From positions 8,212 through 72,211 of the forward strand of contig JAXGXY010000006.1 of the NCBI GenBank assembly GCA_040772545.1: DNA of 64,000 nucleotides. The letters are read 5' to 3'. Below the pieces are notes generated by a model. The model was not told the origin of the DNA. It did not search any database and was given only the letters and a program-made list of their open reading frames with translations. The stretch comes from Christensenellales bacterium. Lineage in GTDB: Bacteria; Bacillota; Clostridia; Christensenellales; UBA1431. Position 1 is the stretch's first letter, and every line of letters starts with the position of its first letter. A program made the translations under genes and the position numbers. Positions 26,256 to 36,080 of the stretch are shown here, piece after piece.

Positions 26256-27511
26256 CTTTTTGCAGTTTTTGTCGCTTTCATGAAATACCCGGCGGTTTTG
26301 GAAATGATATCTATCATGTCCCCTATCCCGCCGATCCTGTCGTGATTCTCCAGTATGTTGACCGATATGAGCGCGGAGAGCATCTTGGCCCTGACGCGCA
26401 GGCCCGGATCCCTTATCACGTCAAAATCGGGATAGCCGCACATGCCGGTCGTCCGGGTAAAATTGGAACAGGCGGCGAAAGCGGCCATTTCGTAACAGAA
26501 ATGCGAAAGCTTCTCGTCCAGATACCCCGGAAGGTCGCGATACAGCGGTTTTGCGTAGCGCATGAAGAGGTCGCGGTAACTGTTACAGTAGCAGGCATAG
26601 ATATCGTGCAGCTTGGTCAGAAGATACACGCGGAAGCGCCCGCATTCCTCTTCGGAAAATTCGCGGCGGAAATGGAAGGCGGCGTATTCCGAGATGCAGT
26701 TCGCGGTCAGATACCCCATATCATGCGCCTCGGGGCCCATGAAGGTATACTCCATGTCGATGACCTTCATATTCTCCTGATCCAGGAAAATATTGGACGT
26801 GTGCAGATCGCCGTGTATGAGGCATTCCGTCTTGCGCATGAAAATATTGCGCATGCGGACCATCTCCTGCCGCAGCCTTACGCGCTTCCAGAAATGAGGC
26901 CCTATGAGGAACTCGCGCGGATCGGGGTTTTCAAGCCCTCTTGCGCGATCGGGATCGGGCGGCAGGAATATGAAAGCCTCCATGATCTCTCGCATTTCGG
27001 GATTGATGAACTTTGCCTGCAGCCCCCTGAATACCCTGTCCGGAAGATACTCGAGCGACGTGAAAAAGTTGCAGGATGCGAAGTATTCGCCGATCTGCCT
27101 CGGGAAATTCGGGAATATCTTCATGCTGTTGAGTTCGAAACGCATGATATGCATCCCCGAAAGGTCTTCCATGACGAAAATATTGTTGTCGACATCGCAA
27201 TAATAGACCTCGGGAATATACTGCGGGCATATCGCGCTGCGTATGCGCAGGATGTCGACCTCCAGGCGGTTGCGCTCCACGGTCAGCCTGTTGCCCTCCT
27301 CGCCCCACATTTTGAAGTATTCCCGGGCCTGTTTCACCACACAGGAGCGCTCTTGGTCCCAGACGCGGAACAGGAAGTTGACGTATCCGTCTCCGTCCGT
27401 GCCTCCCTCTCCGACCTCGTGTACGCGCAAAACGGCGTCTTCGGGGAAGAGGGACGTGTGCTCCCTCACATAAGCGGCAACATTCTCTTTTGTCAGGATC
27501 AAAGCGGACAT
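26252..27511 (-). CDS. MtnK-family (methylthioribose / 5-deoxyribose kinase-like) APH-fold kinase
   Basis: Blocks alignable by eye to B. subtilis MtnK: [20 protein letters not shown]...VVKQA..Y.........L...R...E; VMEDLS; [12 protein letters not shown]....[12 protein letters not shown]...DMG. Its stop overlaps the shell-gene start by 4 nt. Confidence 0.75.
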   Translation of the reverse strand: MSALILTKENVAAYVREHTSLFPEDAVLRVHEVGEGGTDGDGYVNFLFRVWDQERSCVVKQAREYFKMWGEEGNRLTVERNRLEVDILRIRSAICPQYIPEVYYCDVDNNIFVMEDLSGMHIMRFELNSMKIFPNFPRQIGEYFASCNFFTSLEYLPDRVFRGLQAKFINPEMREIMEAFIFLPPDPDRARGLENPDPREFLIGPHFWKRVRLRQEMVRMRNIFMRKTECLIHGDLHTSNIFLDQENMKVIDMEYTFMGPEAHDMGYLTANCISEYAAFHFRREFSEEECGRFRVYLLTKLHDIYACYCNSYRDLFMRYAKPLYRDLPGYLDEKLSHFCYEMAAFAACSNFTRTTGMCGYPDFDVIRDPGLRVRAKMLSALISVNILENHDRIGGIGDMIDIISKTAGYFMKATKTAKR

Positions 27512-27731
27512 GAAACGGCATCCTTTTCACATATTACGTGTATTGTATACTGACCGCGCCGCGCAAACAATGTATATTGTTGTCCGCAAACTATACATAA
27601 CGATGCGTCCGGGAATGCCGGCCGGCATTGGAGGGGGTCGGGGCGGTACGGGCAGACCGTTTTCTATACGCACAGGGAAAGATTATACATTTACAGCATT
27701 GGGGGTTCTGATATAATCAGGAACCAATTAT

Positions 27732-28004
27732 ATGCCGAATCCGGTATGGGAAGGTGGTCAAATGTACTGGACCGGTCTTTCGCCGGACGAAGCCAGGGAA
27801 TCGCTGGCCAACAAGGACAAATCGAAGAAAGACAAAAGGATGACGCTTTCTAAGGCGGTGCGCAGCTTCGTCAGCGACGGCGCAAACATCGGCATAGGAG
27901 GCTTCGTAAACAGCCGGCAGCCGCTTGCCCTGGTGCATGAGATCATCCGCCAGGGAAGAAAAGACCTTACCCTCTCCTTTCAGTCGGCAGGACCTGATCC
28001 ATGA
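27732..28004 (+). pseudogene. N-terminal remnant of a CoA-transferase subunit A (GctA/AtoD-like)
   Basis: The 90 aa match only the N-terminus of the family (MTLSKAVRSFVSDGANIGIGGFVNSRQPLALVHEIIRQGRKDLTL), where full length is about 300 aa. The ORF stops at the edge of an AT-rich segment. Confidence 0.6.
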
Positions 28005-28376
28005 GGCGATCGACACCCAGGGATATTTCGTGAAAAGGGAAATGAAGCAATAGCCCATGCCCTAAAGTTTCCGTAAAATTCTAAAACAAATCGGAAAATA
28101 AAGCAATTCGGTTAAACAAAACGCGAAAAATATGACTGGCGCGTATGTTAACTCATTTCTTCGGACTGATTCTTATCACGCGATTCTACATGCAATAATC
28201 AGAGGACTATCTTCGAATTTTGTTGAAATACTATGATGAATATGTTATCCTGTCACCGATTATATGTTAAGGAGGAGGTGGGAGTAGGTTCCGAAGAAAG
28301 ATGCAGAAGGCAGTCCGCTTTTTTGCTCAACTGTATTCAATCTATGAACTGAAGCGAACAGAGAAGGAGTAATTAA

Positions 28377-28979
28377 ATGAAAAGATTAACTATAACCGTT
28401 TTGGCACTGTTTCTTACCTTATCACTGGCCGGTTGTGCAGGAGGCACCGAAGGAACCGACGTTGCCGTCAGCCCTGCCACAAGTGCAGAATCATCTCATG
28501 ACGGTACAGATGCTGACACTCCCGATTTTCATTATACAAAAGATCTTTACAGTTATGATCATAAGCTAAATGATTATCAAGGTGGTTATCAGTTAGTGGA
28601 AGGCCTTCCTTGGGAAGGGTACCCTGCCGACTTGCCTCTTATCGGCGGCTATATGGATCTGAGTTTGGGCGGCGGTCCTTCCGCTTTCAGTTCTGACAGT
28701 CATAGTTTAGTCGTATTTACACGGGGCGGCGATGACGGCGAAATAGCCAACTGGTATCGTCAGCAGTTGGAATCAGCAGGCTGGGAAGTAACGGACTTTG
28801 AAACCAGCGAACAATACGGCAGCACCATGTTTAAGTTCTCTAACGATAACTGGTACGGAGATTTTCTGGTTCAAAGCGAGGAATCCGCTCTTGGGGGGTA
28901 CGATGGTGCCATGCCCAGAGACGAATCCGATTTTGAAAAGACTGCTGTTATAGTCAATGTAAATAAAAAATCGTCATAA
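28377..28979 (+). CDS. Hypothetical lipoprotein
   Basis: The lipobox signal is MKRLTITVLALFLTLSLAGC. RBS GAAGGAG lies upstream. GC content is lower than in the flanks. No family was recognised. Confidence 0.6.
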   Translation: MKRLTITVLALFLTLSLAGCAGGTEGTDVAVSPATSAESSHDGTDADTPDFHYTKDLYSYDHKLNDYQGGYQLVEGLPWEGYPADLPLIGGYMDLSLGGGPSAFSSDSHSLVVFTRGGDDGEIANWYRQQLESAGWEVTDFETSEQYGSTMFKFSNDNWYGDFLVQSEESALGGYDGAMPRDESDFEKTAVIVNVNKKSS

Positions 28980-29212
28980 TCAACGGCAACCGGACATGCC
29001 TCAACCATGTAAACAGGCGATATTCCTTTTTCTATAGGCAGGGAACGCACCTGAAATATGATTTAAAGGCCTCTTGCAGAAGGAGGCCTTTAAACTTATA
29101 CTTTACGTCCAATAAGTGCTTTAATGCTAATTGACAGGGACATTCTATTCTGGCATTTCCATCCCGTATTCCTCCGTTAGGGGTACGGGGCAGGACAATT
29201 GGCATACCCGCG

Positions 29213-30253
29213 CTACCATCCCGGATACTTCTCCCGCCACTCGTCTGTATACGCGAAACCGGTGTACAGGTCGCAAGCCATCGCACGGATCACGTCTTGC
29301 AGTTCGACCTGCCGGACCCATTCTGGAGGGATTCCCTCTTCACCGTGCATCAGCCCCATGACGTTGCCGCAGATCGCTCCCGTGGAATCGCTGTCCCCCG
29401 AATGGTTCACAGCAAGGATCACGGCATCCTTATAACTGTCCGGGTACGACAACGCCGCGTATACCGCGATTGCCAGCGCTTCCTCCGCGACCCAGCCTCC
29501 GCCCAGGGAATGGACCTTCTCAACTGCTGGCTTCCCGCTTTTCGCGAGTCGGACCGCGTTTTTTAGCGCCGCCGCCGTCTCCCGGCTGTCCTCTCCGCCT
29601 CCCAGCGTCTTCATTACGGACTCCACCGCTTCCGCCAGTCCCTGCCCGGCAACCAGACCGTTGATGAGCACGGCGAAGGCGGCGGCCGCTATCCGGCCTG
29701 TCGGATGCCCGTGCGTCAGGCTCGCCGACTCGGACGCGGTGTCGAAAACGGATTCGAGCCCCATAATAAGCCCGACAGGCGCCATGCGCATCACCCCGCC
29801 GCAGCCTTTGCTGTCGTTCCTCGCCATGTCCCCGAAATTCCTGCTTCGCATAAGGGAGGACAGGCACGCGTTGCCGGGCGCGCGCTGCGCGTGCAGCGCT
29901 TCGACTCCTAACAGCCATCCGTCGGTCCCGATCTCGAACGCGGGCTCCCCGCCTTGGGTCTTCAGCCAACGAAGGTAAGCGTGGTGTATGACCCCGGGGA
30001 CGTAGCATATCCCTTTTTCCACGCTGCGGCATTTGGCCCTGAGCAGCCCTTCCGCCGTGAACAGCGTCATCTGCGTATCGTCGGTGATCTCGGCATACGG
30101 CTTCCCCTTAAGATCGAGGTCCCGAATGCCACCTTCCCCGTACCGGTTCTTGATTTCCTCCCAGCCCATGAACTCCACGGGCCAGCCCAGCGCGTCCCCA
30201 ACGGCGCCGCCCAGCAGGCATCCCGTGAAATGCGAGAGTGTCCTTCGGTTCAT
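29213..30253 (-). CDS. ADP-ribosylglycohydrolase-family protein (DraG/ARH-like)
   Basis: ATG 30253 follows AAGGAGTG. The product has F.GCLLGGAVGDALG.PVEF...., D.T.MT and a C-terminal GDSDSTGAI.G, the di-metal motifs of ARH enzymes. Confidence 0.8.
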   Translation of the reverse strand: MNRRTLSHFTGCLLGGAVGDALGWPVEFMGWEEIKNRYGEGGIRDLDLKGKPYAEITDDTQMTLFTAEGLLRAKCRSVEKGICYVPGVIHHAYLRWLKTQGGEPAFEIGTDGWLLGVEALHAQRAPGNACLSSLMRSRNFGDMARNDSKGCGGVMRMAPVGLIMGLESVFDTASESASLTHGHPTGRIAAAAFAVLINGLVAGQGLAEAVESVMKTLGGGEDSRETAAALKNAVRLAKSGKPAVEKVHSLGGGWVAEEALAIAVYAALSYPDSYKDAVILAVNHSGDSDSTGAICGNVMGLMHGEEGIPPEWVRQVELQDVIRAMACDLYTGFAYTDEWREKYPGW

Positions 30254-30275
30254 CTTCTCACTCCTTATCACCGTC

Positions 30276-30435
30276 GCGGAAGCAATACCGCATCCGTATA
30301 CCGCCGAAGCGGCTACGCGCAAGCGTCGATCCGTCAGGAGCGTCCCGGCGTTCGTTAAGTTTCAGGCTGGGCGACTCGCCCGCCCTCCCCGGTGAGGCAG
30401 ATACCCTTTTATCGGGGATATGCTATTGCTTCCGC
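30276..30435 (-). repeat. Perfect 12-bp inverted repeat enclosing a GC-rich 136-nt segment in the ARH leader
   Basis: GCGGAAGCAATA (30276-30287) and TATTGCTTCCGC (30424-30435) are exact reverse complements. The interior contains several local hairpins, for example CCGC-UUCG-GCGG and GGGCG..CGCCC. Confidence 0.8.
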
Positions 30436-30458
30436 ACATAAAACAGCCCAAATTCCGC

Positions 30459-31925
30459 TCACCCCGCCATGTCCCGGAGCTTCTCCCATATCCGCACCAT
30501 CGCCAGCGTATCCAGGCGGCAATACGAAAGCAGGGCCGCCCTGATCGCTTCGACTTCCTCCGGTGTCCTTTCGTGCAGGGACGCGAAGGCGTCCATCGCC
30601 TCCGAGCCGTTTTGCACGTCCAGGCCGGCGTAGTCCAGCTCAGGATCGTCAGGGATCAGCGCCGGAAGCACATATTTGAGCGAATAGCTGCCCTGCATAT
30701 CCCGGTTGTAATAGTATCCTTTCTTGAACGGGGCCATCAGGTCCTGAAGATTGTCGTGGATGCTCATCAAATGCGGAGCCAGATCAGGGAAACGGTTCGC
30801 GAGGTTTCTCAGCACCATTTTCTCGAAGGTCATGTTGTAGGCGACCACGCAGACGCCGGCGGGGACGTCCCGTACCAGCCTTTCGGCAAGCGCCCGCCTC
30901 GGGTCGGCGCCTTCCTTTGCAAGGAACTCCCTGTGCTGCAGTTCGCCGTCCCCGCTCTCGAAAAAATGCACGGAATACTGGAACGGTATCTGTTCGTAGG
31001 GCCTCAGCCCATCGAACGGGGGGACCGGCTGCATGTACGTCTCGAAATCCAGGAAGTACAGCGGGTAGGAGAAGCCCCCTATCGATTCGAGGATGCCCTC
31101 TGTGTTTATCTCCTCGGCGCCGTGGAGTTCCGCCTCCACCTGCAGCAGCTGTTTGCCCGTCAGATGGCTGTTTATCAGGTCCTCGAACGCGAAGCATCCC
31201 TCGCCGTAAAGCCTGTACTGCTTCCTTTTCCGCATGCCAGTGATGTCGAACACGCAGGGAACCGGCAGATGCTTCGTACAATAGGACCAAAACCCGCATT
31301 CGTACGGCGAATGGCAGTGCAGGCCGATGTCCTGTTCCGGCTCTTTCTTGCTTTTCAAAGCTTTTCTCATCATGCGGATGCCGGCTTCGATCTCCGGCCT
31401 GAACTCGTGCGCATAATCCGTCACGTCGCATACGCAGAACAGGTTGTCAAGATCGAGTTCCCCTTGCCGGACGTAATCGCCGTTTAGGTGCACGACATGC
31501 GCCCTGTTGACCCTGATCCCCGCTTCCGCGAGCACGTAATGCTGGTAGGCCGCGTCTACAATAAGCACTTCCTTCAGGTCCGTCGTGCTCTTGACCTCGT
31601 AGATGTCGTAGCCGTCCCCCGATTTAACGAGGATGTCGCAGATCACGGCGAGGTCGTCGTGGACGAACGCCGCTTCATAGACGGCCTCTGCGCCCGAATC
31701 CATGGCCGCCTTCGTCTGCGCGGCCATCTCGAAAAGGTCGGGCGTAAACCGAATAAGAAAGCCCCCGGGGAACAGGTCCCTCGCGAGTTCGCCCACCATC
31801 TTCCCGTTTTTGAATACCATTTCAAGCCCGGGATCCTGCTCCTCGAGTTCCGGCCGGTAGCACTTGAGCCACAGGTTTTTCACGCACTGCCATCCGCGAA
31901 TGTATTTGCTCTTGGATATGAACAT
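30459..31925 (-). CDS. DUF2779-family protein (PD-(D/E)XK-like N-terminus plus DEDD-like exonuclease-like C-terminus)
   Basis: The N-terminus (FISKSKYIRGWQCVKNLWL) is typical of DUF2779. The middle has YPLYFLDFET....PF and AYN..FE motifs, suggestive of an RNase-H-fold exonuclease. Confidence 0.65.
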   Translation of the reverse strand: MFISKSKYIRGWQCVKNLWLKCYRPELEEQDPGLEMVFKNGKMVGELARDLFPGGFLIRFTPDLFEMAAQTKAAMDSGAEAVYEAAFVHDDLAVICDILVKSGDGYDIYEVKSTTDLKEVLIVDAAYQHYVLAEAGIRVNRAHVVHLNGDYVRQGELDLDNLFCVCDVTDYAHEFRPEIEAGIRMMRKALKSKKEPEQDIGLHCHSPYECGFWSYCTKHLPVPCVFDITGMRKRKQYRLYGEGCFAFEDLINSHLTGKQLLQVEAELHGAEEINTEGILESIGGFSYPLYFLDFETYMQPVPPFDGLRPYEQIPFQYSVHFFESGDGELQHREFLAKEGADPRRALAERLVRDVPAGVCVVAYNMTFEKMVLRNLANRFPDLAPHLMSIHDNLQDLMAPFKKGYYYNRDMQGSYSLKYVLPALIPDDPELDYAGLDVQNGSEAMDAFASLHERTPEEVEAIRAALLSYCRLDTLAMVRIWEKLRDMAG

Positions 31926-32068
31926 GTCACCCGCTCCATGCTTTTATTCCTGAGGCTATGTTAATATAACGTATGTACCTATTGGGGGACAGGGGTATAA
32001 ATTTTGAATATTTATCTGGCAGCTTGTTAATTTTCTCCATCCAACCTGGGCTTTGTATCGAGACGTTT

Positions 32069-32691
32069 TTAAACTCTGAAATGTAGCTCTCCACATTTAT
32101 ATATCCTTGCTTTGGCGACCGTGTATAAGCTGTTATGCCACATCGGGATTATTGGATACTTTTTGTTAAGCTCGGGAATTGCTTTTGTTAATATGTTATC
32201 GGTTCCCAATTCTATAATTTTCTCTGGTTCTATAATACGAACCTGTTCCAGTATAAATTCTTTATATTGTTTTGTGTATGCCAAAACATGAGTATCTTCT
32301 TTATTATCACCGCCACGTTTGTTGAGGTTCATTATTGCTACTCTTCCTAATGCATGATTAACATGTTCTTGACCCGTGATACGACTTAACGCCAAATACA
32401 TACGTGCAATCTTTTCTAGCTGTTTTGGACGATTATCCCCAATTCCTTTTGTATAATAATCCTGATACCATTTCAGCTGGGTACGGGCTGAAGGTTATTC
32501 GGACCCCTTGTGCTTTAGTATGTTAGCAACGCGCCGTCATAGTTATCACTCACAACACCGTCACGAATAAATGACTCTTGTTCAATGCCTGGAAGTGTAG
32601 TCTCGCCCCATGGTTTTTCCGTTCGATGCGCATCACACCATCGTGAAAACAAATCAGAAATCCTCTTATCGTATTCGTTGTAATCTAACAT
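32069..32691 (-). pseudogene. Disrupted low-GC ORF of unknown family
   Basis: ATG 32691 (RBS GGAGGGA) opens 58 codons (MLDYNEYDKRISDLF...FIRDGVVSDNYDG) ending at a TAA at 32515. The reading continues in another frame, through an in-frame TAA, into ORF 32069..32401. That is at least one frameshift plus one stop. Confidence 0.45.
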
Positions 32692-32736
32692 AAAAATCCC
32701 TCCATTAGAAATTTACGATGTGTTTCTTCCCTTCAC

Positions 32737-33726
32737 TCACACCCCATACCGCCTGGCCAAATCCGCTATGTCCTGCTTCACAATCTCCCTCAACTCAGCC
32801 GGTTCCAGCGCCTCGCAGAAACAGCCGAACTGCAGCGCAAAATACCGGATGCCTTCAACGACCGAATATATGCACACCTCCATATACTCGTCGTCCAGGT
32901 CCCGCATCCTTGCGCTCCGCCCGAAGTTGTCCACCACGTCGCCCGCGCGGGACTTGTGCATCTTCAGCACGATCCTGCGCGGCTTCCCGCCGTACATGAA
33001 GTTGTGCTCCTTGGCGTATCTGGCCAGGTCCAGCCCCCTTTCATATCCCGGTATCTTTGTGATCGAACGCGCGTCCTTTTTCAGCACCTCGGGCCCGGTC
33101 ATCTTGTCAATCCTGAAATGCCGTAATTCATCTTCGCCTTCATAACTCGCGATCAGGTAATACTGGCTGTTCGCGCAGACGATCTGGTAAGGGTTAACGA
33201 CGTCCTTTTCGCTTCTCCTTGGATGCAGTTCCCCGTCCGTACCGTACTGGTTATAGAAAAACGCCGCCTGTTTGCGCAGGGTGATCGCTTCGTCCAGAAG
33301 GTCGAGCGCAAGGAAGAACTCCTTGTTGCGCTGATGTATCCATCCTTCGACATTGTGGATGTGTTCGAAGTGCTGGGTAAAATACACGTTGGCCAGATTT
33401 TTCAGCTTGTCGATCAGGCGCTTTGCGTCGTTTGCCGGGATATATTTCGACGTCATGACGCTGTCGATCAAAAGCCTGAGCTCTGTTTCTTCGAATTCCC
33501 TTTCGCGCAGATAGTACCCTTTCCTGTTCTCCTGATAGGGGCAGATGTCGTACCCCATCTCCATCAGCAACGAGATGTTCCGAGCAACGGCCTTCCTCTC
33601 GGCGCACATGTTATATTCCCTATTAAGCCGGTAGATGATCTCCTTCGTCGTTACGGGATGGTCGAAATCGGAGTATTTTTCCAGTATCCTCAGGATGTAC
33701 AACAACATCTTCTTTTTGCCGCCCAT
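32737..33726 (-). CDS. WYL-domain transcriptional regulator (wHTH-WYL-WCX architecture)
   Basis: The N-terminal wHTH is MLLYILRILEKYSD..HPVT..EI...L. The central WYL-like block is NPYQIVCANSQYYLIA......ELRHFRIDKM. The protein is 329 aa. Confidence 0.75.
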   Translation of the reverse strand: MGGKKKMLLYILRILEKYSDFDHPVTTKEIIYRLNREYNMCAERKAVARNISLLMEMGYDICPYQENRKGYYLREREFEETELRLLIDSVMTSKYIPANDAKRLIDKLKNLANVYFTQHFEHIHNVEGWIHQRNKEFFLALDLLDEAITLRKQAAFFYNQYGTDGELHPRRSEKDVVNPYQIVCANSQYYLIASYEGEDELRHFRIDKMTGPEVLKKDARSITKIPGYERGLDLARYAKEHNFMYGGKPRRIVLKMHKSRAGDVVDNFGRSARMRDLDDEYMEVCIYSVVEGIRYFALQFGCFCEALEPAELREIVKQDIADLARRYGV

Positions 33727-33845
33727 ATTGCTGATAGGTCTTCACCTCCCCGATTCTATTATTTTCCATAGTTTGTTAATTTCCTTTATTTTGGGTCCTT
33801 TTGAACCATTTTGTTGTTCCATCTTTCTACTTCTCTTTAAAACTC

Positions 33846-34274
33846 TTAACCCTCCCTTTGCTTGGTTTCCATCAGCGCATCCAGCATGAGCCTGTAGCAT
33901 TTCATGTTGGGACGGAACGAACGGCGGTTTAACACTTCCGAATCGTCGCCGTCCGCCCATTTCATGATGGCCGCCCCGATACCGGCGCTGCGGGAAATCC
34001 CCGCATCGCAGTGGACCACCAACGCTTCAACCTTATCGAACCAGCGGGTAACGAAACGGGCCATTTCGCGCGCCTGTGTTTCAGAGATCGTGTTTTCTCC
34101 AAGTTCCCCGTCGTTAAAGGCAAAATAAGCAACATCCCTGATTTTTTCGTTTGGCGCAAATTCGTTTGGCGTTCCGTATCTGGAATGAATGGAAATTATG
34201 ATGCATGCAGGTATGTCGGCAGACATCGAAAACTCCGCCGCCATTTTCCTGGATAAAATAAACAGCTCTCTCAA
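33846..34274 (-). CDS. Cys-based (CX5R) protein phosphatase-like protein
   Basis: The active-site signature VHCDAGISRSAG (HCX5R[S/T]) is present. The protein is 142 aa. It lies directly upstream of, and co-directional with, the WYL regulator. Confidence 0.65.
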   Translation of the reverse strand: MRELFILSRKMAAEFSMSADIPACIIISIHSRYGTPNEFAPNEKIRDVAYFAFNDGELGENTISETQAREMARFVTRWFDKVEALVVHCDAGISRSAGIGAAIMKWADGDDSEVLNRRSFRPNMKCYRLMLDALMETKQREG

Positions 34275-34657
34275 CTCTGTCCGCCCGCCTTCTTAAACCA
34301 AGAAAACCCATGTCTCATACGGGTGTTGCATCTTTTAGGGCTTAAAAGCATTATATGAAAGCATCCGTACCATAAAGGGGTCAGCCTCGTTCATGCGAGA
34401 AACAAATGGATGAAAAAGTGTCATGTCAGCGAGGCAGAACCCATCCGATGCCGGAATCGAAATCTTCGGTCATATCAACCTTTTAACAGCGCGCCGGACC
34501 CGTCCTTTTGGGGCTGCCTGACAGAGCCCTCAAACTCGTACGAACAGGGCGTTTGAGTGGAGATGTCAACCACGTTTTTCAGACAGCCGTTTAGCCAATA
34601 CATAAAATCAATCAAATTGAGCATGTTATAAAAAGCTAAACAAGAGGAGGTCTTATA

Positions 34658-35071
34658 ATGACCACAGCAAAAGGGATTCTAAAGGTTGTCAGCGTTCTTT
34701 TTATCATCAAGGGCTCCATATTGACGCTGATCTCGCTGATGACGATCTTCGCGTCCGGGATACTCAAAACATTGATTGGCGAAGTGTCGGCCCCCGTCGC
34801 GGCCGTTGCCGGCGGGGTGTTGATCGGCGGCGGGGTTATTTTTCTTGTTGCCAGCGTTATCGAGCTGGTTATCGGGGTGCTCGGGCTGAAAAAGAGTGAC
34901 GACCCTTCCCAGTCCGGTTACTTCATCGTTGCGGGAGCGATCATCGCGGCCTTCGCTCTCATAAGCCTTATCATCGCCCCCCACATACTCTGCATGATCG
35001 GCTTTTCCCTGCCAATACTCTATATCGTCGGCGGTTACATGCTCAAAGAAGGACAATACTCTTCAGCCTAG
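34658..35071 (+). CDS. Small integral membrane protein (about 4 TM helices), unknown function
   Basis: RBS GAGGAGG is present. The product is very hydrophobic and Gly/Ile/Val-rich. Confidence 0.55.
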   Translation: MTTAKGILKVVSVLFIIKGSILTLISLMTIFASGILKTLIGEVSAPVAAVAGGVLIGGGVIFLVASVIELVIGVLGLKKSDDPSQSGYFIVAGAIIAAFALISLIIAPHILCMIGFSLPILYIVGGYMLKEGQYSSA

Positions 35072-35219
35072 CAATCGGCTGGATTGATTCCCGCGACGGA
35101 GGGCGGAGGGAACAAAGCAACCGGCCATCCTGTTTATGATGCCGAAGCCGGGACTTGCCTTTCTACATGAAAGCATGTGTCGGAACTGTTGGACAAACAG
35201 ATGCATCACGCTGCAGGAT

Positions 35220-35250
35220 AAGCCAAGGAAATCGTTCTTGGCTTTTTTCG
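35220..35250 (+). terminator. Intrinsic terminator
   Basis: AAGCCAAG-gaaatcgtt-CTTGGCTT is followed by TTTTCGC. Confidence 0.65.
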
Positions 35251-35420
35251 CTTTCGGAAGGATTAGTGCGATTCGTGTTGAATATCTATTAATTATTGAA
35301 CATGAACATCTCGCCCTTTTTACGTAACATTGCATTTTGGGTTTTCGTTGTCGACACCAGCCACTAATGGCCGAATCACAAAACCGTCGGTTGCTTTTAC
35401 CTATCAGGAGGTGTTTTGCA

Positions 35421-35981
35421 ATGAAGGTCAAAGAAAAGTATCGTGGTCTCAGCAGGGAAGAACTCCTAATAGCTATAGAGCGTTTAGGGGCGGATTACGA
35501 AGTCCACTCGTACAGTTGTTCCCAGTGCATCCTGGCGGCAATCAACGATGTTGTAGGGCTCAGCGACGACATAGTCCGGTGCGGTACTTCGTCGTGCGGC
35601 GGCTCGGCCTTCCAGTTGGTCGGTCCGTGCGGCGGCTACCAGGGCGGCCTTATAGCGCTGGACTATTTCTTTGGGCGGCCTGCCAAGTGCATGAGCCCGG
35701 ATGAATTAAAAATGGAAAACATCCAAAAACTCATGGACAGCGTTGCCGTCGCGAGAGAATGGTATGACAAGTATTTCAGGACGTACGGCACGATCCAGTG
35801 TGCGGGCATTATGTACCAGAAGTTCGGCCGCCTGTTCTACTTCGAGGACCCCGACGAGTTCCGGAAATTCGATGAGGCCGGAGCACACACGGACCCCGAA
35901 AAATGCGCGAAGGTCGTCGGTACCGCCGCACGCATGTTGCTTGAGCTGCTTATGGACAAGGGCGTGGTCGAGGCAGATTGA
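35421..35981 (+). CDS. C_GCAxxG_C_C-family protein
   Basis: ATG 35421 follows AGGAGG (35405-35410). The Cys pattern is SCSQCILAA..., GPCGGYQGG and GTIQCAGI, typical of the C_GCAxxG_C_C family. Confidence 0.65.
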   Translation: MKVKEKYRGLSREELLIAIERLGADYEVHSYSCSQCILAAINDVVGLSDDIVRCGTSSCGGSAFQLVGPCGGYQGGLIALDYFFGRPAKCMSPDELKMENIQKLMDSVAVAREWYDKYFRTYGTIQCAGIMYQKFGRLFYFEDPDEFRKFDEAGAHTDPEKCAKVVGTAARMLLELLMDKGVVEAD

Positions 35982-36040
35982 AAGCGCGGGATGGTTTGGC
36001 CGTCGGTTCCTCCGGCCTTGATGCCTCCCTCGGTTTATCG

Positions 36041-36080
36041 AAACCTCCGAACCGGTAAAACCGGTTCGGAGGTTTATCAT
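36041..36080 (+). terminator. Strong 15-bp hairpin terminator
   Basis: AAACCTCCGAACCGG-taaaa-CCGGTTCGGAGGTTT is followed by ATCAT. The A and U tracts on both sides make it potentially bidirectional. Confidence 0.7.

Noticed and set aside
28262-28376. A strong Shine-Dalgarno (TAAGGAGGAGGTG) in the AT-rich spacer before the lipoprotein gene.
   Set aside because: Only ORFs of about 23-24 codons follow it (a GTG- or ATG-started peptide ending before 28376). It is probably the orphaned 5' end of a lost gene, and there is insufficient evidence for a micro-protein.
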